Assembly (NCBI GenBank): GCA_049698775.1
Contig: JBAVYM010000007.1
Location: 17,657 to 81,656, forward strand
Length of the DNA: 64,000 nt
Reading direction: 5' to 3'
From: Gammaproteobacteria bacterium
GTDB taxonomy: Bacteria > Pseudomonadota > Gammaproteobacteria > Natronospirales > REEB76
Part shown: positions 28,110-35,084 of the stretch, piece by piece
How the letters are laid out: each line of letters starts with the position of its first letter
How positions within the stretch are numbered: position 1 is the first letter of the stretch
The notes under the pieces: model-generated
What the model was told of the DNA's origin: nothing
Database searches by the model: none
What the model saw: the letters and a program-made list of their open reading frames with translations, nothing else
Program-made: the position numbers and the translations under genes

Positions 28110-28179
28110 AAAGGATTCTCCGGCTGCGAACAGCCTGCTTGAATGCCTACTCAAGATAACACGGCGTTGTCTTGCCGGT

Positions 28180-29346
28180 TCATCCCCCGGGCAAACGGCC
28201 GCGGCACCAGTCGCGCGGACTGAGCGCGGTGCCGCGATGGCGGATTTCAAAATACAGCGAGGCTTCATTTTGACCGCCGCTGTCGCCGAGCGTGGCGATG
28301 GTTTCGCCCATCTGCACCCAGTCGCCCACATGCACATACACGCTCTGGTTGTGCGCGTAGATGCTCATGTAGTTGTCGCCATGGTCCACGATCACGAGCA
28401 GGCCGAAGTGCGGCAGCCAATCGGCGAACACCACGCGTCCGTAGGACACGGCGCGCACCGGCGTACCCAGCGGCGCGGCGATGAGATCGCCGTGCGCGCG
28501 CAGCCGGCCGCCGGCGAGCGGCGCGCCGAAACTCTGGATGATGCGGCCCGCCACCGGCCAGGGTAAACGTCCGCGCAGGCTCGCGAAACGATGGTGACCT
28601 TCGAGGTCCGCGGGGATATCCGACAGTGTTTGTTGCAGGTTGGCGAGCAGGTCTTCGATGGAACGCTCGTCCTGCTTCATGCGCGCGAGCTGTGCGCCGC
28701 GAGTTTGGATGCTGGTATTGAGTTGCGCGAGCACCCGTTTGCGCGTGGCGCGGCTCTGCTCGAGCTTGGCGAGCGCTCGCGAGCGCTGATCGCGCAAGCG
28801 CGAAAGCGCGGTCAGCTGCTGCTGAACCTGGGCATTGATTGTGGCGAGTGCGTCAAGTTCGCTGCGCACCGCCTGGATGCGAGTCGCGCGCGCCTTGTTG
28901 AAATAATCGTAATAGGCTAACAGGCGGCCGATGGTGGCTGGATCCTGTGCGTTCAGCAGCAATTGCAGTTGCGAATCCCGGCCTTCCATATACGCGGCGC
29001 GAATCTGTTTCGCCAAGGCGTCTTTCTGCGCATCCAGCGCCGCCTGTTTTTGCGCCTGTTGGTGCTGCAAGGTTTTAAGGCGCGACTGGGCGTCGGCCAC
29101 AGAACGGTTAAGCCCGCGCAGATCAGCGCTTAATTGTGCAATCTGCTGCTCGCTGCCGCGCAATTGTTGCTGCACTTTGCCGCGCGTTTGGATATCGCGG
29201 TCCAGATTGGCCTGGACCTTGGCAATACGTGCGCGCAAGGTTTTGAGCTGTGCTTGCTGATCCGCGGCGGTCGCGCCGGCGGCCTTGATGCCGCCGCCCA
29301 GCAACAGAAGCGTACACAGCGCGGCGATGAGCGCGGCACGCGTCAT
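28180..29346 (-). CDS. envC: murein hydrolase activator EnvC-like (coiled coil plus LytM/M23 domain)
   Basis: Long Q/A/L-rich coiled coil followed by an M23-like C-terminus (VIVDHGDNYMSIYAHN...LYFEIRH). Start at ATG 29346. Confidence 0.85.
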   Translation of the reverse strand: MTRAALIAALCTLLLLGGGIKAAGATAADQQAQLKTLRARIAKVQANLDRDIQTRGKVQQQLRGSEQQIAQLSADLRGLNRSVADAQSRLKTLQHQQAQKQAALDAQKDALAKQIRAAYMEGRDSQLQLLLNAQDPATIGRLLAYYDYFNKARATRIQAVRSELDALATINAQVQQQLTALSRLRDQRSRALAKLEQSRATRKRVLAQLNTSIQTRGAQLARMKQDERSIEDLLANLQQTLSDIPADLEGHHRFASLRGRLPWPVAGRIIQSFGAPLAGGRLRAHGDLIAAPLGTPVRAVSYGRVVFADWLPHFGLLVIVDHGDNYMSIYAHNQSVYVHVGDWVQMGETIATLGDSGGQNEASLYFEIRHRGTALSPRDWCRGRLPGG

Positions 29347-29525
29347 GAATGGCCGGAGGCGCGGTTCGTGGTCCGATGGGCGGGAAAAGCCGGCGTAAGG
29401 CGGACGGGCATGGTGGGTTTCCAGCGCGGGTTTGGGTGATTTTAGGGCTTTTCCCCGGTCACTCAAAGGCTTATGAAACAGGCTGCTATACTACGCGCCC
29501 CTGTTTGCGAACCCGTGCCCGATCC

Positions 29526-29948
29526 ATGCCGCGTCTGCTTGAATTCGCCCGTCACCATCCTTATCTCATTGCCGCCGTCATCGTCATCATCCTGCTGTTC
29601 ATCGGCGATGAACTGCTGCGCCGGATGCGAAAATTCCGGGAAGTGGTACCGGCGGAAGGCGTACTCCTTATTAACCGGGGCGCGGCGGTGCTGGATATCC
29701 GGCCATCCAAGGATTTCGGTGCCGGCCACGTGATTGGCGCGCGCAATATCCCGGCTGCGGAACTGGATGCGCGGGTGGCGGAACTCGACAAGTTCAAGGA
29801 GCAGCCGTTACTGGTGTGCTGTGACGCCGGCCAAGCCAGCCAAAAGGCTGCCGGTACCCTCATCCAACACGGTTTCAAAGCCGTGCACACCATAAAGGGC
29901 GGCATCAAGGCTTGGCAGAACGAACATTTTCCGCTGGAGCGCGGTTAG
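29526..29948 (+). CDS. membrane-anchored rhodanese-domain protein (YibN-like)
   Basis: N-terminal TM segment followed by a rhodanese fold with active-site CCDAGQAS. Confidence 0.8.
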   Translation: MPRLLEFARHHPYLIAAVIVIILLFIGDELLRRMRKFREVVPAEGVLLINRGAAVLDIRPSKDFGAGHVIGARNIPAAELDARVAELDKFKEQPLLVCCDAGQASQKAAGTLIQHGFKAVHTIKGGIKAWQNEHFPLERG

Positions 29949-29956
29949 AGACACAC

Positions 29957-30211
29957 ATGAAACCCGTCACGATTTACAGTACCCGCATCTGCCCCTATTG
30001 CATGCGCGCGAAAGCCTTGCTGCAATCCAAACATGTGCCTTACACCGAGTTCCTGGTGGACTTGGAACCGGCCAGACGCGAGGAAATGGAAACCAGGAGC
30101 AAACGCCGCACAGTGCCGCAGATTTTCATTGGTGAACGGCACGTCGGCGGTTATGACGAGTTGTATGTCCTCGACCGCCGGGGCGAACTGGACAAGCAGC
30201 TCGCCGATTGA
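29957..30211 (+). CDS. grxC: glutaredoxin 3
   Basis: 84 aa with CPYC active site and TVPQIFI motif. Confidence 0.92.
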   Translation: MKPVTIYSTRICPYCMRAKALLQSKHVPYTEFLVDLEPARREEMETRSKRRTVPQIFIGERHVGGYDELYVLDRRGELDKQLAD

Positions 30212-30239
30212 TTCAACCCATTCATTCCAAGGAACCATC

Positions 30240-30740
30240 ATGGCTGAAAATCCCGAATCCACACCCACCACGCCCGGCAACGGTCAGGACGCCGGCAAAC
30301 AGGTGATGCTGCAACGCATCTACATGAAGGATTGCTCCTTCGAATCCCCGCACGCACCAGCGGTGTTCGCCAGCCAGATCAATCCCGACGTGAAAGTGAG
30401 CATGCGTTCCGACACCAACAAACTCGGCGATGATGCGTTTGAAGTGGTGCTCACCATCACCATCGAGGCGCAGGCGGACAGCCGCAGCGTGTTCCTGGTG
30501 GAAGTACATCAAGCCGGCTTGTTCACCATCCGCGGCTTCAACGAACAGGAGCTGGGCGCGGTGCTCGGCAGTTATTGCCCCAACATCCTGTTCCCTTACG
30601 GCCGCGAAGCGGTGTCAGACCTGGTGCAGAAAGGCAGCATGCCTACACTGCTGCTGCAGCCGGTGAATTTCGACGCCGTTTACATGCAGAGTCTCGGCCA
30701 AGCCGCCGCGCCCGCCGCTGACTCGGCGCTCCAGGCTTAA
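30240..30740 (+). CDS. secB: protein-export chaperone SecB
   Basis: LQRIYMKDCSFESPHAP and CPNILFPYGRE motifs. Start at ATG 30240. Confidence 0.92.
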   Translation: MAENPESTPTTPGNGQDAGKQVMLQRIYMKDCSFESPHAPAVFASQINPDVKVSMRSDTNKLGDDAFEVVLTITIEAQADSRSVFLVEVHQAGLFTIRGFNEQELGAVLGSYCPNILFPYGREAVSDLVQKGSMPTLLLQPVNFDAVYMQSLGQAAAPAADSALQA

Positions 30741-30754
30741 AATCGCGTCCGGCC

Positions 30755-31759
30755 GTGAACAGCGCGGCTTCCATCGGCATTCTTGGCGCCGGCTCCTGGG
30801 GCACGGCGCTCGCGATTCTGCTTGCGCGCAACGGCTTTCCGGTCAAGCTGTGGTCGGTGGAGACGAACGAACTGACGCCGCTCGTGCACCAACGCGAGAA
30901 CCGCCAATACCTGCCCGGTATCCCGTTTCCCGATGCCCTCATCGTCGAACCGGATTTGGGGAAACTCACCGCCGGCGCCGGCGATATTTTGGTGGTGGTG
31001 CCCAGTCACGGTTTCCGCGCCACGTTGAAATTGCTGGCGGAGCATCACCCCCAAAACCTGCGGCTTGCCTGGGCCACCAAAGGCTTCGAACCGGCAAGCG
31101 GCAAATTGCTGCACCAGGTCGCGCAGGAAATTTTTGGCGAACGCCTGCCGCTGGCCGTGATCTCCGGCCCCACGTTCGCGCGCGAAGTGGCTGCCGGCGT
31201 GCCCACGGCCGTGACAGTGGCTTCGAACAACGCGGATTTCGCGCGGGATTGGGCCAGGAACCTGCACGCCAAGAGCTTTCGCGCCTACACCTCCGACGAC
31301 CTTGCCGGTGTGGAAACCGGAGGCGCGGTCAAGAACGTCATCGCCATCGGCTGCGGCATCAGCGACGGCCTGAAATTCGGCGCCAATGCGCGCGCCGCAC
31401 TCATCACCCGCGGCTTGGCGGAAATCATGCGGCTCGGTTTGAAACTTGGCGCCCGCGCTGAAACCTTCCAGGGTCTCGCGGGCCTGGGCGATCTGGTGCT
31501 GACCTGCACCGACGATCAATCCCGCAACCGGCGCATGGGACTCGGCCTTGCAGCCGGCAAGACACGGGAAAGCATCGAGCGGGACATCGGCCAGGTGGTG
31601 GAAGGTGTGTATGCCGCCGAAGCCGCACATCGTCTGGCGCAACGGCTCGGCGTGGAGCTGCCCATCACCGAGCAGATTTATCGCATCCTGTATGAAAACC
31701 TGTCACCGCGAAAAGCCGTGGAAACGCTCATGGCGCGAGCGCTCAGGTCAGAAGCGTAA
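30755..31759 (+). CDS. gpsA: NAD(P)H-dependent glycerol-3-phosphate dehydrogenase
   Basis: GAGSWGTALA Rossmann motif and GVKNV motif. GTG start. Confidence 0.95.
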   Translation: MNSAASIGILGAGSWGTALAILLARNGFPVKLWSVETNELTPLVHQRENRQYLPGIPFPDALIVEPDLGKLTAGAGDILVVVPSHGFRATLKLLAEHHPQNLRLAWATKGFEPASGKLLHQVAQEIFGERLPLAVISGPTFAREVAAGVPTAVTVASNNADFARDWARNLHAKSFRAYTSDDLAGVETGGAVKNVIAIGCGISDGLKFGANARAALITRGLAEIMRLGLKLGARAETFQGLAGLGDLVLTCTDDQSRNRRMGLGLAAGKTRESIERDIGQVVEGVYAAEAAHRLAQRLGVELPITEQIYRILYENLSPRKAVETLMARALRSEA

Positions 31760-31781
31760 AGATTATTGAATACGTTTCGAT

Positions 31782-32246
31782 TTAGCGCCCACCTGCAAAA
31801 CCTGCTTGCCGCCAAGCCTCATACACGATCACGGCGACGGCATTGGAAAGATTCAGGCTGCGGTTATCGGGCCGCATGGGAATGCGCAACACGCGCTCCG
31901 GCGGCAGGGAACCCAGCAAACCTTGCGGCAGTCCGCGGGTTTCCGGTCCGAACATGAAAGCGTCGCCCGTCTGGTAGCGGGCCTCGGCGTAATTTCGGCG
32001 CCCGCGTGTGGAAACGGCGAACAGACGCGCGGGCGTTACATCTCTTATAAAGCTGTCCAGATCGGCATGTTCGTGCACGCACGCCAGCTCGTGGTAATCG
32101 AGACCGGCGCGTTTCACCCGCGCTGCGGAAAGCTCGAACCCCAATGGATAAATCAGGTGCAGCGCGGCACCCGAATTGGCGCACAGGCGTATGATATTAC
32201 CGGTGTTGGGCGGGATTTCCGGCTGATACAGGACCACGTGAAACAT
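31782..32246 (-). CDS. trmL: tRNA (cytidine/uridine34-2'-O)-methyltransferase
   Basis: MFHVVLYQPEIPPNTGNIIRLCANSG matches SPOUT TrmL. Start at ATG 32246. Confidence 0.9.
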   Translation of the reverse strand: MFHVVLYQPEIPPNTGNIIRLCANSGAALHLIYPLGFELSAARVKRAGLDYHELACVHEHADLDSFIRDVTPARLFAVSTRGRRNYAEARYQTGDAFMFGPETRGLPQGLLGSLPPERVLRIPMRPDNRSLNLSNAVAVIVYEAWRQAGFAGGR

Positions 32247-32262
32247 ATCTTCGATCCCCTTT

Positions 32263-32329
32263 CCCCTTAGGGGCGAGGGTGAGAGGGCGTCACCCCTCAT
32301 CCTAACCTTCTCCCCTCAAGGGGAGAAGG
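32263..32329. repeat. three adjacent GC-rich hairpins filling the trmL-pyrD divergent spacer
   Basis: CCCC-tta-GGGG (32263..32273). GAGGGTGA...TCACCCCTC with one bulge. CCTTCTCCCC-tcaa-GGGGAGAAGG, a perfect 10-bp stem (32306..32329). Confidence 0.7.
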
Positions 32330-32350
32330 AACCGCGAGCCTGAGCACAAT

Positions 32351-33325
32351 ATGATCAGCGACGTTTTACCCGGCTCACTTAAAACTGAATTCTGCGGTCT
32401 GACGTTCAATTCACCGCTGGTGCTGTTATCGGGCTGCGTGGGGTTCGGCGAAGAATATACGCGCGTGGCGGGGTTTTCCAACCGCGACGCCGGCGCGGTC
32501 TGTCTCAAGGGCACCACACTCAAACCGCGGCTCGGCAATCCGCCGCACCGCATTTATGAAACGCCCGCGGGTATGCTGAACGCCATCGGTCTGCAGAATC
32601 CCGGCGTGGACAACGTGGTAAAGCACATCCTGCCGGCGCTCGATTTTTCCGAAACCCGCTTCATCGCCAACGTGTCGGGCTCCACAATCGAGGAATACGC
32701 CGAGGTCACGCGCCGCTTCGACGATTCGCCGATTGATGCCATCGAAATCAACATCTCCTGCCCGAACGTGAAAGAAGGCGGCGTGCAATTCGGCAACGAT
32801 CCGGAAATGTCGGCGCGGGTGGTGAGCGCCTGCCGCAAGCTCACCAAGAAACCGCTCATCACCAAGCTCTCGCCGAATCAGACCGACATCGCGGAAAACG
32901 CGCGCCGCTGCCTTGAAGCCGGCACCGACGCCTTCGCGGTCATCAACACCTTGACCGGCATGGCGATTGATCCCGAAACCCGCAAACCGGTCATTGGCAA
33001 TGTCCAGGGCGGCCTTTCAGGTCCGGCCATCAAACCCATCGCGCTGCTCAAAGTGCAGCAGGTATATCAAGTGACCAAAGGTCACAAGGCACCCATCATC
33101 GGCCAGGGCGGAATCACCACGGTCCATGACGCGCTGGAATTCCTGATTGCCGGGGCTTCGGCGGTGGGCATCGGCACGGCGCTGTTCTACGACCCGCTGG
33201 TGTGCCAAAAGATCAACGCCGGTCTGGCCGCGTATCTGGCCAAGCATCGCGTTCATCGGCTCGCGGATTTGGTGGGCAGCCTGGATACCGGCGGGGAACG
33301 TCTGAAACCTTGTGCGGCAGGCTAA
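32351..33325 (+). CDS. pyrD: dihydroorotate dehydrogenase, class 1 (PyrD-B catalytic-subunit type)
   Basis: 324 aa. GMLNAIGLQNPG, NISCPNVKEGG (Cys active site) and GGLSGPAIKP are colinear with Bacillus PyrD-B as remembered. Confidence 0.8.
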   Translation: MISDVLPGSLKTEFCGLTFNSPLVLLSGCVGFGEEYTRVAGFSNRDAGAVCLKGTTLKPRLGNPPHRIYETPAGMLNAIGLQNPGVDNVVKHILPALDFSETRFIANVSGSTIEEYAEVTRRFDDSPIDAIEINISCPNVKEGGVQFGNDPEMSARVVSACRKLTKKPLITKLSPNQTDIAENARRCLEAGTDAFAVINTLTGMAIDPETRKPVIGNVQGGLSGPAIKPIALLKVQQVYQVTKGHKAPIIGQGGITTVHDALEFLIAGASAVGIGTALFYDPLVCQKINAGLAAYLAKHRVHRLADLVGSLDTGGERLKPCAAG

Positions 33326-33437
33326 CTTTCGCATGCAAACCGTTGTATAGACATACGATTCGTACGCAAAACACTGCTTGACTGTCTTTCCACAGCCCCG
33401 TATAAAGCACCCCAGCGTAGCCATTTTGTGGCCAACA

Positions 33438-33451
33438 CTTTGCGCACAAAG
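33438..33451. promoter_or_regulatory. inverted repeat CTTTG-CGCA-CAAAG, candidate upstream activator site
   Basis: About 90 nt upstream of the -24 element at 33532. Confidence 0.3.
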
Positions 33452-33531
33452 CTGACGGTTTCTGTCACTTGGCGAACGCAGAACGCGGCAGGATGACATT
33501 CCAGAGCTTGTAATGACGGCGCCACAGACTT

Positions 33532-33547
33532 TGGCACCGGACTTGCT
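33532..33547 (+). promoter_or_regulatory. sigma54 (-24/-12) promoter upstream of the pilus operon
   Basis: TGGCACcggacTTGCT is an exact match to TGGCAC-N5-TTGCW. Correct strand, 179 nt upstream of the pilin ATG. Confidence 0.65.
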
Positions 33548-33725
33548 TGGGTATGAATGTAGGAGAAATTCTCAGTGCCTTCATAGGGAAACTCCCAAGG
33601 CATCTGGGACACGCCCGAATGGATGCAGGGAGCAAGCCGCTCGACAAGGACGTGGGCGGCTCTGCTGTGAACACTCTAGATTCGAATGATTTTTTGTAAC
33701 CACTTCACTCACTTGGAGAACTGTC

Positions 33726-34244
33726 ATGTTGAAGCTTATGCGTACCTTCGCCTTCGCCGGCGCCGCCGGTTTGCTCATGGCCGGCAATGCCTTTGCCGGT
33801 GCTTCGCCGCAGACCACGACCTTCCTGGTTTCCGCCCAGGTGATCAAATCCTGCAATGTCACGGCCACCGCCCTGGCGTTCGGCAGCTACGATCCACTGC
33901 TGGCCACCAACACCACTGGTACATCCACGGTAAGCGTGCAGTGCACCAAGACCACGGTTGCGGCCATCGCGCTCAACGGCGGGGTGAACGGCACCTTGGC
34001 ACAGCGCATGATGAAGGACACTGTTTCCAGCAACACACTGAACTATCAGCTCTACACCACATCCGGTAATACGGCAGTGTGGGGTGACGGCACCGGCGGT
34101 ACCTCCACCCAGAGCTATACCAGCGCCAGCAATGCCACGGTGCAGCCTTTCACGGTGTACGGCACCATTACCTCGGGCCAGAACGTGACACCCAGCACCA
34201 GCAATACCTACCAGGACACCATCACCGTGACGGTGACGTTCTAA
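33726..34244 (+). CDS. SCPU-domain (Csu-type, archaic chaperone-usher) major pilin
   Basis: Signal peptide. Shows the CNVTATALAFGSYDPL pattern, a second Cys (VQCTK) and a C-terminal YQDTITVTVTF motif typical of spore-coat-U/CsuA-B pilins. Confidence 0.8.
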   Translation: MLKLMRTFAFAGAAGLLMAGNAFAGASPQTTTFLVSAQVIKSCNVTATALAFGSYDPLLATNTTGTSTVSVQCTKTTVAAIALNGGVNGTLAQRMMKDTVSSNTLNYQLYTTSGNTAVWGDGTGGTSTQSYTSASNATVQPFTVYGTITSGQNVTPSTSNTYQDTITVTVTF

Positions 34245-34277
34245 GCGAGGACCTGTGGTAGCGTCCCGGACACAGTC

Positions 34278-34991
34278 ATGAAACTGCGTGGAATTCTTCT
34301 GGTTTTGGGCTTGGCTGCGCCTCTGTGGGCGCAGGCCGGATCCTTCCAGGTGAACCCCATCGGCTTGGCGCTGTCCGCCACGCACTCCACCGGAGTGGTA
34401 ACGGTTACCAACAACAGCGACACCCCCACCGTGGTGCAGTTGCAAATCGTGGCGTGGTCGCAGGAGAACGGCAAGGACGTGTATACGCCCAGCCGCAATC
34501 TCCTCGCCACGCCGCCGATTTTCACGGTGCCGGCAGGCGGGCAACAGACCGTGCGCTTGGGGCTCATGACCAAGCCGGATGCCAGGCGGGAAACCGCATA
34601 CCGCTTGTTCCTGCAAGAAGTCCCGCCGCCCAAAACGCCTGGTATTCAAGGTTTGCAGGTGCTGCTGCGTATCGGCATTCCGGTATTTGTGGAACCAGCG
34701 GTGGAAACCGCGCCCAAGTTGCAATGGACAGCAAGACGGCTCTCCGCCACCGAGGTGAGCGTAGAGGCCGTGAATGACGGCAGCGCCCACGCCCATATCG
34801 CAAAATTAACGTTGAGCAAACGCGTGAACGGCACACCGCTGGCCGAGGTTTTCGGCGGCTACGTGCTGCCTGGAAGGCACAACGACTGGACATTCAAACT
34901 GGCCGCGCCGCTCCCGGCCGGCGAGTCATTGCAAATCACCGCTGATACCGACCGGGGCACGCTTCATGCACAACTGGTCCTGGGAAAGTAA
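34278..34991 (+). CDS. fimbrial periplasmic chaperone (PapD fold, CsuC-like)
   Basis: Signal peptide followed by SFQVNPIGLAL...VTVTNNSDTPTVVQLQI and RLFLQEVPP motifs. Confidence 0.8.
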   Translation: MKLRGILLVLGLAAPLWAQAGSFQVNPIGLALSATHSTGVVTVTNNSDTPTVVQLQIVAWSQENGKDVYTPSRNLLATPPIFTVPAGGQQTVRLGLMTKPDARRETAYRLFLQEVPPPKTPGIQGLQVLLRIGIPVFVEPAVETAPKLQWTARRLSATEVSVEAVNDGSAHAHIAKLTLSKRVNGTPLAEVFGGYVLPGRHNDWTFKLAAPLPAGESLQITADTDRGTLHAQLVLGK

Positions 34992-35084
34992 CGGCTCACT
35001 TCCGGCGGCGAATCGGTGTTTCGCAGGGGGAATTTTCGGCGCTGGCACCCAATCGGATAGTTTCCGGCCGTACTGGGTTGATCC

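Noticed and set aside
30737-31642. 301-aa ORF antisense to gpsA
   Set aside because: Shadow ORF; gpsA on the plus strand has unambiguous motifs.
33705-34796. 363-aa ORF antisense to the pilin and chaperone genes
   Set aside because: It spans an intergenic gap and two well-supported plus-strand genes. Its composition is low-complexity G/R/H-rich.
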